Shown here piece by piece: positions 46,598 to 56,956 of a DNA stretch of 64,000 bases. The first letter of the stretch is position 1; every line of letters starts with the position of its first letter. This DNA comes from Bacillota bacterium (GTDB lineage Bacteria; Bacillota; Bacilli; Bu12): the NCBI GenBank assembly GCA_014896485.1, contig JADBKH010000007.1, positions 83,963 to 147,962 on the forward strand. The letters are read 5' to 3'. The position numbers and the translations under genes are program-made. The notes below the pieces were generated by a model that ran no database searches, had not been told where the DNA came from, and worked only from the letters and a program-made list of their open reading frames with translations.

Positions 46598-47710
46598 TCA
46601 ACGTACGACATTGTTACCGGGCGGCGTTGGGATTGCAGAGGGTGTCGGTGCAGCAGGAGCATTCATTCCGCCCGGCGATGGCAAACCAGGCGGCGGAAAG
46701 AGCGCGTTGCCACCAGGTTGTGTCTGACGCATCGACCCTCTCCCACCTACTCCCAAAGCATTGGGATCGTAGAGAAAGAGGGTTTGCGTGTACACGTTGT
46801 GTCCAATGCTCCCATCGTCTCCTGGCTGTCCTTTCGGTTGGTCCAAAGCTATGTTCCACTCTTTGGCCGGCATGCTCAGCAAAAGGCCGACAAAACGGCG
46901 CTGACTGCCACTATCTGTAAGAATACGGATTCCAGGACCACTCGGTCCGAGCATCAAGACACGTTGGCCGTCCCGGTTCTTTCCATCTGGGAGTATGTGG
47001 TAGTTGGCATTGCCCAGTTTGGGGTTGAAACGCAACAAATCGTTCCAGGTAAGGGCGAATGTGTAGGGTCCCCCACCCGGTAAAGGCTCGCGATTCGTAT
47101 CCGTCCCAGACGGAGACGGAGCAGAAGGCTGGTTCTTCCCTTTTTCTTGTTGCACTTGTGGGAGAATTGCAGTTGCCCCTCCATAAGGGGTTGGCCGGTT
47201 GGGAGGAGCCCCATTATACCCGGCCATTCCTGGCCCATTTTGAGGGAGTGTATGGGGATCGACCACATAAAGACGTTGTGTATAACGTCCCATGGATGCG
47301 TCCTGTTCTCCTTTTGGTTGATCAAACCAAGGTTGCCAGGCCGTTTCTTTGGGAAAAACAGCCTGAAAACCAAGGATATAACCTTGCCCGTCGGTCATAA
47401 TGTGCAAACCGCTGGCACCTGCACCAAAGCGATAACCTGTTTTGGGCTCCCAAGTGCTGTTTTGCTGAGAGGCGTAAGTGAGCTTCGGATTATATTGCTG
47501 CAAGGTTGCAAAACTGAGTAGCCCAGGGGGAATGCCGGTTGCCGTAGGCGGCGGTGTTGCCACCGTACCGGGCGACTGTTGTGGAAGCGTCTGAGAGACG
47601 CCCGCCTGCTGTGGGATGGGCATCCGCGTGGCTGAAGGCCCACATGCAGCAAGCACCGATGCCATCGTTGCAACTGAAACCGCCATCTTGAACCACTGCA
47701 CCTGCCACAT
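46598..47710 (-). CDS. Lipoprotein with two tandem homologous ~95-aa domains and Pro/Gly-rich linkers
   Basis: Signal peptide MWQVQWFKMAVSVATMASVLAAC with an L-A-A-C lipobox. RBS AAAGGTGGGG lies 7 nt before the ATG at 47710. The repeat units are YNPKLTYASQQNS...FDQPKGEQDASMGRYTQRLYVVDPHTL and FNPKLGNANYHIL...LDQPKGQPGDDGSIGHNVYTQTLFLYDPNAL. Confidence 0.6.
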   Translation of the reverse strand: MWQVQWFKMAVSVATMASVLAACGPSATRMPIPQQAGVSQTLPQQSPGTVATPPPTATGIPPGLLSFATLQQYNPKLTYASQQNSTWEPKTGYRFGAGASGLHIMTDGQGYILGFQAVFPKETAWQPWFDQPKGEQDASMGRYTQRLYVVDPHTLPQNGPGMAGYNGAPPNRPTPYGGATAILPQVQQEKGKNQPSAPSPSGTDTNREPLPGGGPYTFALTWNDLLRFNPKLGNANYHILPDGKNRDGQRVLMLGPSGPGIRILTDSGSQRRFVGLLLSMPAKEWNIALDQPKGQPGDDGSIGHNVYTQTLFLYDPNALGVGGRGSMRQTQPGGNALFPPPGLPSPGGMNAPAAPTPSAIPTPPGNNVVR

Positions 47711-47787
47711 GAAACTACCCCACCTTTCGGAGAGGTAGTTTTTCCCAAGTTTTCCTGATTGATTCTTTGATGTGGATGTTGAACGAG

Positions 47788-48021
47788 CTACACCCAGTGA
47801 AAGACCAAGTTGGCGAGCCAAGCGATCGTCAGCAGGATGCCGATAAACTGCCGCATGTCTATTCCGTGCCGAGAGAGAAAGCGATGCAACCGGTTTGGAC
47901 CCGGTGAACGCCGCCCATGTTGTCGGGCACTTTCTTCCTTGCGTTGCTTGCTGCGCGTCTTTCGGTCACGTTTGTCTGGAAATCGGACAATGCCTTGACG
48001 ATCGTCGGACATTAAACGCAC
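47788..48021 (-). CDS. Possible small protein with a basic N-terminus and C-terminal TM helix
   Basis: 77 aa abutting the NYN gene stop. Weak evidence. Confidence 0.25.
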   Translation of the reverse strand: MRLMSDDRQGIVRFPDKRDRKTRSKQRKEESARQHGRRSPGPNRLHRFLSRHGIDMRQFIGILLTIAWLANLVFHWV

Positions 48022-48023
48022 CC

Positions 48024-48554
48024 CTAGCTATGAATCGGTTCATCTTCCACTTTTTCGACATAGGGACGCAGATCTGCGAGATCGATAAACTTATCTACAG
48101 CGTTGCGCAATTCATGGGCGATCATCCCCTTGGTGGCCACGGCGATAATCTCTTTTCCGCGAGAACGCAACAGCTCCACGGCCCGCTCAAAATCGCCGTC
48201 TCCCGACAGCAAGATGGCCACATCGTATTTGTCGACTGTATTGAACATGTCAATCGCGATTTCAATATCAAGATTTGCTTTCTGCGTCTCTTCTCCCGTC
48301 TCTTGATCGACCATGGTTTTGATGGTCTTTGTGCGTACAGTATAGCCAATTGCTGTCAATGCATTGAGGAACGCCCGATCCTTACTCTCAGAAGGTGCTT
48401 TTACGCCGGTGTAATAAAATGCATTATAAATTTCATATTCCTTTGCAAAGTACTCCAGTATTTTCCGGTATTCGAAGTGCCAGTTGAGTTTTCGTTGCGC
48501 GTAAAACATGTTGGCGCCATCGATAAAGATAGCCGCTCGGCGCATTCTCACCAT
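48024..48554 (-). CDS. NYN-domain (LabA-like) protein
   Basis: AIFIDGANMFYA...DVAILLSGDGDFERAVELL is the PIN-like NYN nuclease fold. Confidence 0.7.
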   Translation of the reverse strand: MVRMRRAAIFIDGANMFYAQRKLNWHFEYRKILEYFAKEYEIYNAFYYTGVKAPSESKDRAFLNALTAIGYTVRTKTIKTMVDQETGEETQKANLDIEIAIDMFNTVDKYDVAILLSGDGDFERAVELLRSRGKEIIAVATKGMIAHELRNAVDKFIDLADLRPYVEKVEDEPIHS

Positions 48555-48671
48555 CCTCTTTGTAGCCAGCGTACCATACGGTTTCCAGGATCGACAATGG
48601 AACTTGCCAGCATATCGAGGAGAGGATTCGGATGGTGCGCCTAAAATGGAGCTTTCTAGGATGCTGCCGTA

Positions 48672-50045
48672 CTACCAGCCGATCCTGCCCACTTGAGGCA
48701 TCTGGCGCAATGTCTCTTCGAGATCGCGTTTGATGCGTTCCAATCCCTCTTCTGTCTTTGACTCGGCGCGAAGAACCAAAGCCGGTTGGGTATTTGATGC
48801 ACGTACCAAACCCCATCCATCTGGGAAGAGAACCCGCGCACCGTCGATATCAATGACATCGTATCGTGCCCGATAATGTTCCTGCACGCGGGCTACAACA
48901 TCAAACTTGACATCATCGGGGCAATCCACCCTGGTTTCTGGGGTGGAAAAGTAATGCGGGATACTCTGCCGGATTTGGGAGAAGGAACGTTCCTCGTTGG
49001 AGAGGATACGTAAGAGTCTTGCAGCTGCATACATGGCATCATCGTAACCATAATACTCGTCTGCAAAAAACATATGCCCGCTCATTTCTCCCGTAAAGAC
49101 AGCTCCCACTTCCTGCATCTTTGCCTTAATTAAGGAATGGCCGGTCTTATAAAACATCGTTTTTCCACCCAACCGCTCGATCTCTTCCACCAAAGCCTGG
49201 CTGCACTTGACTTCGACAATGCAGGGCTTATCAGGATACTTCGGCAAAATCTCACGCCAAAAGAGGATCATCATCTCGTCGCCCCATAAAATCGATCCCG
49301 TCTCGTCAACGGCGCCGAGGCGATCGCCGTCTCCATCGAACGCAACCCCAACGTCCGCATGACTGCGCTTTACTTCTGCAATGAGATCCTGAAGGTTCTC
49401 TGGCTCTACCGGATCAGGGTGGTGGTTGGGAAAACGTCCGTCTGGTTCAGCATACAGTGGGATGACCTCACACCCGAGCCCCTTAAGCAAAGAGATGGCG
49501 CATACACTGGTGGCACCGTTGCCGCAATCGGCGACAACTTTGAGTGGTTTCGGCCCCAGTTTGACTTTGCTGGTGATTTCAGCGATGTAGTCAGGGATGG
49601 GATTTGCGGTAGAAAGGCGGCCCTCTCCTTTGTGGAATGAACCGGCAACCATTCTCCGGTAAATCTCTTGGATCTCGTCCCCATATAACGTTCCAAACCC
49701 ATGCGCAAGCTTAAAACCGTTGTATTCCGGCGGGTTGTGACTGGCTGTGATCATCACACCACCGTCTTTACCATAATGGACCCTGCTGTAGTAAAAGACT
49801 GGCGTAGGTACCAGGCCAATGTCGATCACATCCACCCCTGTTGAAAGCAAGCCATCGACCATCGCCTCTCGAAAAGCTGGCGATGAGAGGCGGTTATCTC
49901 GGCCAACAATGACCTCGTGTTCACCCTTCTCTTGTATGTAGGTGCCATAGGCTTGACCGAGAAGGCGGACGATGTCCGGAGTCAAGTCTTGATCGACGAT
50001 GCCACGGATATCGTATTCGCGAAAGATTTCTTGGTGGATTTCCAT
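48672..50045 (-). CDS. Phosphoglucomutase/phosphomannomutase
   Basis: Active-site ITASHNPPEYNG, metal-binding loop FDGDGDR and sugar-binding GEMSGH. Confidence 0.9.
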   Translation of the reverse strand: MEIHQEIFREYDIRGIVDQDLTPDIVRLLGQAYGTYIQEKGEHEVIVGRDNRLSSPAFREAMVDGLLSTGVDVIDIGLVPTPVFYYSRVHYGKDGGVMITASHNPPEYNGFKLAHGFGTLYGDEIQEIYRRMVAGSFHKGEGRLSTANPIPDYIAEITSKVKLGPKPLKVVADCGNGATSVCAISLLKGLGCEVIPLYAEPDGRFPNHHPDPVEPENLQDLIAEVKRSHADVGVAFDGDGDRLGAVDETGSILWGDEMMILFWREILPKYPDKPCIVEVKCSQALVEEIERLGGKTMFYKTGHSLIKAKMQEVGAVFTGEMSGHMFFADEYYGYDDAMYAAARLLRILSNEERSFSQIRQSIPHYFSTPETRVDCPDDVKFDVVARVQEHYRARYDVIDIDGARVLFPDGWGLVRASNTQPALVLRAESKTEEGLERIKRDLEETLRQMPQVGRIGW

Positions 50046-50133
50046 TTTAGAGAACGCCTCCCATTGCTTCAGTCCCGGTTGGACCCATCGTTGGTTTTAT
50101 TTTACCACCAAATACGAACGGACACCTGTACGC

Positions 50134-51132
50134 TCACTTGTGGCTGACGGACGGTTGTTTTTCTGCCCGCAAGATTCCTTCCCATGCAGAAGTGAGGATC
50201 GCTTCCAACGACGTGTGAAGAGGTTGCCAATCCAAAATTTCGTGTGCGCGTGAGGGATCGGCTACAAGATAGGGTGGATCCCCGGGGCGCCGGGGCATGA
50301 TCTGGATCGGGATCTGACGTCCGGTGATGAGCTGGGCCGCTTCAAGTACTTCCCGTACGCTAAAACCCCGTTGATTGCCGAGATTGGCCACCAGCGAGCT
50401 TCCCCCATCCAGCAGATACTTCCAGGCTGCAACATGGGCCGATGCCAGATCATCGACGTGAATATAATCACGAATGCAAGTTCCGTCTGGTGTTGGGTAG
50501 TCCTCTCCAAAAAGAGAAAAAGGTTCTTGCGGATAAAGTGCCGTATGCAACACATTGGGGATGAGGTGGGTCTCGGGCAGATGCCTTTCGATCAGCGTAT
50601 TATTCCGTCCTGCCCCGGCAGCATTGAAGTAACGCAGAGAGACGAAGCGCATACCAGCACAGCGATCCATCCATTCAAGCATGCGTTCGATGCTCTGCTT
50701 CGATTCTCCATAAGGGTTTTCTGGTACCAGCGGCGCGGTCTCCGGAATCGGTTCAAAGCGTTGGGGGGTCCCGTAAACGGCCGCTGTGCTAGAAAGGATA
50801 AAAGCAGAGACACCAGCCAGGGCTGCTTGACGGATGAGAACGGCACTTTTCCCAACGTTCTCATCAAAATACTTCGCTGGATCGCGCATCGATTCTGCGA
50901 CCAAGGAACGTGCGGCAAAATGGAGAACGGTGTCAATCTTATGTGTCGAAAAGAAATGGTACAAAAATGCAGCGTCTCCTACATCGCCGATAATCAGTGG
51001 AAGCCCAGCAACAGACGCTGCGTGACCAGTGCTCAAATCATCGATCACCCACACATCGGCCCCTACGTCTGCCAATGCCCAGGCAGTTACACTCCCGATA
51101 TACCCTGCACCCCCAGCTACCAGCACACCCAC
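50134..51132 (-). CDS. galE: UDP-glucose 4-epimerase
   Basis: GGAGYIGS Rossmann fold and the YxxxK catalytic context. Confidence 0.9.
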   Translation of the reverse strand: MGVLVAGGAGYIGSVTAWALADVGADVWVIDDLSTGHAASVAGLPLIIGDVGDAAFLYHFFSTHKIDTVLHFAARSLVAESMRDPAKYFDENVGKSAVLIRQAALAGVSAFILSSTAAVYGTPQRFEPIPETAPLVPENPYGESKQSIERMLEWMDRCAGMRFVSLRYFNAAGAGRNNTLIERHLPETHLIPNVLHTALYPQEPFSLFGEDYPTPDGTCIRDYIHVDDLASAHVAAWKYLLDGGSSLVANLGNQRGFSVREVLEAAQLITGRQIPIQIMPRRPGDPPYLVADPSRAHEILDWQPLHTSLEAILTSAWEGILRAEKQPSVSHK

Positions 51133-51159
51133 GTTACTGCCCCCTATCCTTCCAATGTT

Positions 51160-53082
51160 CTAGGCATCTGCGGCGGTAGCCACGCCGCGGCGACGTGCCA
51201 AGCTGGTCGAGATCTCAGGAGAAAAACGACGTTCTCCCGATACATAAGCTTGATACCACAGGAGGAAGCAGCTGATCGTAAACAATGCCCTGCTGCGATC
51301 CGCTTTTCCGCTGCGGTGCTCATCCAGCAAACGCAGCGCTGCCGCACGTTGGATAAAGCCTCCCCCATCGGTTTGATTGAACAACTCTCGAAGCTGCCTG
51401 GCCGGCTGCTCTTCACGGAACCAGACCCGTAGGGGGACCGGAAATCCCAACTTGCGACGTTGCGAAGCTTGCGGGGGCAGCAGCGGCGCAACGGCAGCCC
51501 GCAGGATGCGCTTGGTCGTTTTCTCCCCAACACGGAAGTCGGTGGGCAGGGTAGCGGCAAAGTCGAATAAATCCCGGTCGAGATAGGGAACTCGCAACTC
51601 CAGCGAATGGGCCATAGTCATACGGTCGGCGTTGTTCAAAATGTCCCCTGGCAGCCAAGTTGCAAGATCCATCGCTTGCATCTGTGTAATTTCGTCGTAT
51701 TCGGGGTGTTGTCCATAGATCCGGGCGGCGATCTGCTCAGGTGATTCGTAGTGATGAAGCCATTCCCGCAGCTGCGGGCCGACAATGTGTTCCTTCTCCG
51801 CTTCGTCAAAGATTTTTGCGTTTCCAAAAAAACGTTTTGAAAGCGGCGTAGCGGCTCGAATCAGGTAATTGCGGCCACGTATTCCTTCAGGGAGGAGATG
51901 GGCCATGCGCGCTGCTGTATGCAGCAATGGTACGGGCAGGCGACGCGCCGGTCTAAGATCTAGGGGTTCGCGGTAGATGTTGTATCCCCCAAAGATCTCA
52001 TCCGCACCTTCTCCACTCAGCACGACGGTTACGTGCTCGGCTGCTTCCTGTGCTACAAAATACAGCGCGACCGCAGCCGGATCAGCGATGGGTTGGTCCA
52101 TCTGCCACATCAACTTCGGCAGTACATCTGCATACTCTTGCTGGGTGATTGTGCGTTCATGATGATCGGTGCCGAGAAAGGCAGCGGTCTCACGCGCTTC
52201 TGCACACTCGTCATAGCCAGCTCGGGCAAAACCGACAGTAAACGTTTGAACCGGCTCCAATGTGCGCAACAAGGCGACGATGGTGGACGAGTCCACCCCA
52301 CTTGAAAGAAACGCGCCACGGGGCACGTCACTCTGCATGTGCCTTTTTACTGAGGCAAACAATCGCGCACGCAGCTCCTCTGCAGCAGTTGAAAACGATT
52401 GTGGGTGCGGGCGAAACACAGGTGCCCAATACCGGTGCAGGGTAAGCTCTCTGCCATCAAAACGCATCCAATGTGCTGCAGGAAGTGCAAGAACCCCCTT
52501 GAACAGCGTACGAGGCTCTGGAACATACTGGAAAGTCAAAAACTGCAGGAAGGCTTCGGGATCGGGTATGGCTCTCCTACCTGATGCAAGGAGTGCCTTG
52601 ATCTCTGAGGCAAAAGAGAGCGCATTTTCCGTCAGTGAATAGTAAAAAGGCTTGATACCGAACGGATCACGGGCGGCGTAAAACACCTTGTGTCGGGCGT
52701 CCCAAACAGCGAAAGCAAACATGCCACGCAGCCGATCTGCTGTCTGCTCACCGACTTCTTCATAGAGGTGGACAATCACTTCAGTATCCGTAGCCGTCTG
52801 AAAACGGTGTCCCTGTGCTTCTAGATCATGCCGTAGTTCGCGATAATTGTAGATTTCGCCGTTAAAGACAACCCAGACGGTACCATCTTCATTGCATAGC
52901 GGCTGATGCCCTGTCTTGAGGTCAATGACGGCCAGGCGGCGAAAGCCGAACCCTGCCTCTCCCTCACAGTAGAAGCCCTCATCGTCCGGACCGCGGTGGA
53001 TCATCTGGCTGGCCATCAGCGCCAAGGTTTCTGGGGAAACCGTTCGATGATCCTTGCGAACTTGTCCACAGATGCCGCACAC
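51160..53082 (-). CDS. asnB: Asparagine synthetase (glutamine-hydrolysing)
   Basis: N-terminal MCGICG nucleophile and PP-loop SGVDSS. Confidence 0.9.
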   Translation of the reverse strand: MCGICGQVRKDHRTVSPETLALMASQMIHRGPDDEGFYCEGEAGFGFRRLAVIDLKTGHQPLCNEDGTVWVVFNGEIYNYRELRHDLEAQGHRFQTATDTEVIVHLYEEVGEQTADRLRGMFAFAVWDARHKVFYAARDPFGIKPFYYSLTENALSFASEIKALLASGRRAIPDPEAFLQFLTFQYVPEPRTLFKGVLALPAAHWMRFDGRELTLHRYWAPVFRPHPQSFSTAAEELRARLFASVKRHMQSDVPRGAFLSSGVDSSTIVALLRTLEPVQTFTVGFARAGYDECAEARETAAFLGTDHHERTITQQEYADVLPKLMWQMDQPIADPAAVALYFVAQEAAEHVTVVLSGEGADEIFGGYNIYREPLDLRPARRLPVPLLHTAARMAHLLPEGIRGRNYLIRAATPLSKRFFGNAKIFDEAEKEHIVGPQLREWLHHYESPEQIAARIYGQHPEYDEITQMQAMDLATWLPGDILNNADRMTMAHSLELRVPYLDRDLFDFAATLPTDFRVGEKTTKRILRAAVAPLLPPQASQRRKLGFPVPLRVWFREEQPARQLRELFNQTDGGGFIQRAAALRLLDEHRSGKADRSRALFTISCFLLWYQAYVSGERRFSPEISTSLARRRGVATAADA

Positions 53083-53103
53083 GCTGCTGGAGCTCCTCTC
53101 TCT

Positions 53104-53955
53104 TTATCCGTTTGAAATTGCCGTGTGCAATGCGCGCTTCATCTCTTCCAAAGGCGCAGGACGATGCATCCACCGTTCAAAAGAGAGGGCCCCTTGATGC
53201 AAGAGGAGATGCAGTCCTCCCATTGTCCTGCAACCGTGACGTTGCGCTTCCCGCAAAAGGCGGGTCTGCTGAGGTTGGTAGACCAGATCGGCGACCAGCA
53301 GATGGTTTTCCAGCAGCTCGGGATTCAGTGGGATCGCATCGGTTTTCGGATCCATCCCCACGCTGGTTGCGTTTACCAAAAGCTGTACATAGGGAATGGC
53401 TTCGCCCGGGCGTTCCACGGCTCGTGTACGCCAGTGTCCCATACGCCCCAAAAGCGAAGCCAACCCAATCGCACGCTCTGGTGTACGATTGTAGATAAAC
53501 AGTTCTTCGACGCCTGCCTGCAACAAAGCGGCGCCAATGGCCCGTGCAGCTCCTCCCGCACCCAGCAGCAAGACATGTTGCCCTCGTGGTTGCCAATCAA
53601 AAACCGACTCCAATGCTTTCAAGAAGCCTTCACCATCGGTATTGTAGCCGATGAGCCGACCGTTCTCGTTTACGATGGTGTTGACAGCACCACATAGGCT
53701 GGCTTCCTCGGATAGACCATCGAGGAATTCTGCAATTTCTACCTTAAAAGGGACGGTCACGTTGGCGCCGCGGAAGCCGAGTCCTCGAAGCCCCATCACA
53801 CCTTGTGCAAGCAAGTGTGGTTGGACGTCAAATGCCAGGTAAACGTAAGGCAAACCATAAGCTGCGATGGCTGCATTCTGCATCTGTGGGGACAGCGAAT
53901 GGGCTACAGGGTGTCCCAACAAACCAATCGCCTGTGTCTCAGCGGTGATGTTCAA
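53104..53955 (-). CDS. aroE: Shikimate dehydrogenase
   Basis: LLGHPVAHSLSPQMQNAA...NVTVPFK...GAGGAARA. Probable TTG start at 53955 (GGAG 9 nt upstream). The ORF-track extension to 54219 overlaps yqeG. Confidence 0.85.
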   Translation of the reverse strand: MNITAETQAIGLLGHPVAHSLSPQMQNAAIAAYGLPYVYLAFDVQPHLLAQGVMGLRGLGFRGANVTVPFKVEIAEFLDGLSEEASLCGAVNTIVNENGRLIGYNTDGEGFLKALESVFDWQPRGQHVLLLGAGGAARAIGAALLQAGVEELFIYNRTPERAIGLASLLGRMGHWRTRAVERPGEAIPYVQLLVNATSVGMDPKTDAIPLNPELLENHLLVADLVYQPQQTRLLREAQRHGCRTMGGLHLLLHQGALSFERWMHRPAPLEEMKRALHTAISNG

Positions 53956-53996
53956 CTTGCCTTTACTCCATGATGCCGATATTCCATGAAAGGCTC

Positions 53997-54540
53997 CTAT
54001 CCTAAGTGGTTTGTGGCTGTACGGTTCTTCTCGGCATATGTGCGTTGCATATGCTGAAGTGTTCGTCGCTCTGCAATGCGCATGAGTCGCGTCCCTGCAA
54101 ACTCTACATTCGTCAAAGGTGTCACCAAAACCGTGTAGCATCCAAGGCGGTTGCCAGCCATGACATCCGTAAAGAGTTGGTCTCCAATTACGGCGATCTG
54201 TTTTGGAGGGATCTCCCAACTTTTGATGATATCCCGTAGTATCCGAACGAAGGGTTTATGTACGTCTGCATATCCGGCGACATGGAGCGCTTCTGCCACT
54301 GGAAGCACCCGAGGCACATGATTATTGGAAACGATGGCAAAGCGAAATCCATTCCCTAAAAACCCATTTACCCACTGGGCCAGAGCTTGGTTGATGTTCA
54401 TCTCGTTATAGGGGAGCATCGTATTGTCCAAATCACATAAGACACCCTTGATCTCTTCTTTTGCCAAAGTATCCACATCGATTTGAAGAAGGGAAGCAAC
54501 AAAAAGATCAGGTCGCAGACGCACAGAGGACACCCCATAT
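53997..54540 (-). CDS. YqeG-family HAD-IIIA phosphatase
   Basis: LCDLDNTML (motif I) ...FAIVSNN... and GDQLFTDV. The start is uncertain, with GTG near 54540. Confidence 0.75.
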
Positions 54541-54633
54541 TTCTCTATCGATACTGCCCTGCTCGCTTTTACTATACCGTTCGTCTTTCCTCTCTTCAAA
54601 CCACGCACGACCCACTGAACTTTGGACAGACCG

Positions 54634-55803
54634 CTAGCGTTCTGTCGCAATGGCTTTATTCCAAGTGACACCTATCACCCACCACCAGCCGAAATAGATG
54701 GCCAAAACCGCCATCATACTACCGGCTACCACAAAGGGGCCTGGTGCGCCCATCCAATTCCACGCGATGCCTCCTACCAGTGGGCCTACCGCTGTCCCAG
54801 CATCTTCGACTGCTGTCAGTACCCCAACTGCCCGATCACGCATCCAGCCGGGAACATGATCGGCAAAGAAGGCATTCCACACGGGAAAAACGGCGCCATA
54901 CGCTGTCGCAAAGGCAATGGCAGGTAGGATTGCCGCATGTAAGTGTTGAGCACCACTCAATCCAAACGCACCGGCGGATGCGAGAACAAACGCACCGGTC
55001 AGCAGGGGAAGCCGACCGACCTTATCCGAAATCTTGCCAAAAGGCAGGAGTACCAAGAAAGCAATGGCACCGATTCCCAGGAAGAACAACGCGTATCTTT
55101 CTGGCGGAAGGTGAAGGGCATACAGTGCAAATGGGGCAAAAAAAGGCGTAATGGTCCCAATGACAACCGTCTGCAAGACCATCGGAGGCAAAAACGCCCT
55201 AATGCGACGTCCAAGTACTTGGATGATGCTCCATTCTCGGTGAAAAGAGAGTGCCTTTTGGACAATGCGAGGGTGCAAGAAAAAGCTGCCTATCCAATCG
55301 ACGGCTACAGCAGCGATGATCAGGATTTGGGCCAATGGCAAGGCGTGGGCCATAAAATCCGTGATCAGCATTCCTGCCCCTGTCCCCGCCATCCACGGCA
55401 AAAACGCTTGTGCAACCGACGCTCCCCGCTGTGATTCGGCCGCATCACTGTAGTTGGCCAGCGCGGCAGGCCATACCGAAGCAGCTCCGATACCGAAAAC
55501 TAGAGAAGCGACCAACAATCCTACAGGTTGGTGCACAAAAAGCACTGCAATGGCCGCAAGCAGAGCTAAGAAAGTGCCACCCCGCAACACCCATGCTGTC
55601 CCATGAAGCCGAGCGGAGATAAAGCCAAAGCACAGCTTGGTGAACGCATCGGCTGCAAACTGCAATGTCGTACACAACCCGATCCATTGCAACGTCACAT
55701 CGGTTTGGTGGGGAACGACGAGGGGCAGCCAAGTGTAAAAGAGCGCTCCCCGTGTGAACTCATTGCAAAACAAGACGACTGACCATGCTGGATGTTTCTG
55801 CAT
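54634..55803 (-). CDS. MFS transporter (12 TM)
   Basis: 389-aa polytopic protein with MFS-like loop motifs. Confidence 0.7.
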   Translation of the reverse strand: MQKHPAWSVVLFCNEFTRGALFYTWLPLVVPHQTDVTLQWIGLCTTLQFAADAFTKLCFGFISARLHGTAWVLRGGTFLALLAAIAVLFVHQPVGLLVASLVFGIGAASVWPAALANYSDAAESQRGASVAQAFLPWMAGTGAGMLITDFMAHALPLAQILIIAAVAVDWIGSFFLHPRIVQKALSFHREWSIIQVLGRRIRAFLPPMVLQTVVIGTITPFFAPFALYALHLPPERYALFFLGIGAIAFLVLLPFGKISDKVGRLPLLTGAFVLASAGAFGLSGAQHLHAAILPAIAFATAYGAVFPVWNAFFADHVPGWMRDRAVGVLTAVEDAGTAVGPLVGGIAWNWMGAPGPFVVAGSMMAVLAIYFGWWWVIGVTWNKAIATER

Positions 55804-55889
55804 CTAAATACTCCCAGCTTATTCTGCCTATAAATGGCGCCCAAAAGTGTTAAAGATCGGTTACATTCTCTCCAAATCGGACGAAAATT

Positions 55890-56855
55890 TTACGATGTAG
55901 CACGATCGGAAGGCGGACAGATGCTTGTGTTCATGGGTGCATGACCCGGAAAAAGCCGATCGATGGTCTGCAGGGTTTGATTGTCCACCAGTACCCAGCT
56001 GATATTATCAATATAGGCAGGTTTGCCGGGAAGATCGGTACTTTGAAAGTGCACTCCCATCATCGCTGTCGTTGCCAAATGTGCCTCTGTGCTGAAATTC
56101 AGATCACTCTGAATATTCTTCTGCGCAACAGCGATCACTTGAGGGAGCTTGGTCATGCCACTCGGACTGAGCAGCTGATGAATCACGGCCTCTATCACCT
56201 GTCTTTCCCGATCTTGTCGGCCGACTGTACCCTGCGAATTGTAACGGATGCGCACGTACTGCAGCGCCTGGTTGCCGTTTAGATGATGAACCCCGGCTTT
56301 AAAATAGGTTTTGCCATATCGAGTATCTACGACGTCATAAGGAACATCTACTGTCACGCCGCCCAGGGCATCGATCAATTTTGGGAAAGTTGTTAAGTTG
56401 ACGATAGCGTAGTGATCGATGGGAATCCCCAGTAGTCCGGAGACGACTTGTTCTGCTTCCTTCGGTCCCCCGAAATAAAGCGCGTCGTTGATCTTTTCTG
56501 TACCGCGACCTGGCAGTTCCACCTGTAAGTCTCGCGGAATGCTGACCAGAGTGACCTGATGATTTTTCCAGTCGACCTTAGCGACAATCATGGTATCTGA
56601 GCGTCCTCCTGTGGCATAGTCACTGCCTGCAGGGGCCGTTGCACTGTAATCTGTTCCTAAAAGCAACCAATTTTCGGTGGAGGGAGCTGCAATCGCGCCT
56701 ACTACTGGAAGCGTGCCGAGTGCTGACCACAACCCCGACGAAGCATTGGAAGAAGCGCCTTGTCGTTGAGCGAACCAGTCGCCGGCTCCGATGCCCACAC
56801 CACCTGCTAACAGCAGGGCGCCCATGATCAGGAACAACCTTTTCCAACCGGTCAA
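55890..56855 (-). CDS. LCP (LytR-CpsA-Psr) family cell-wall polymer transferase
   Basis: LLLGTD...RSDTMIVAKVD...SIPRDL...NDAL core. TTG start with AAGGCGGTG. Confidence 0.85.
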   Translation of the reverse strand: MTGWKRLFLIMGALLLAGGVGIGAGDWFAQRQGASSNASSGLWSALGTLPVVGAIAAPSTENWLLLGTDYSATAPAGSDYATGGRSDTMIVAKVDWKNHQVTLVSIPRDLQVELPGRGTEKINDALYFGGPKEAEQVVSGLLGIPIDHYAIVNLTTFPKLIDALGGVTVDVPYDVVDTRYGKTYFKAGVHHLNGNQALQYVRIRYNSQGTVGRQDRERQVIEAVIHQLLSPSGMTKLPQVIAVAQKNIQSDLNFSTEAHLATTAMMGVHFQSTDLPGKPAYIDNISWVLVDNQTLQTIDRLFPGHAPMNTSICPPSDRATS

Positions 56856-56956
56856 CGTTTCACCGCCTTCTCATCAAGGAGAATAATCCGCTTTTCAACG
56901 AGTGGATGTAACAATTTTGAAACAGCGGTCCACCTGTTTTTAGGCGAATCCTTTTA

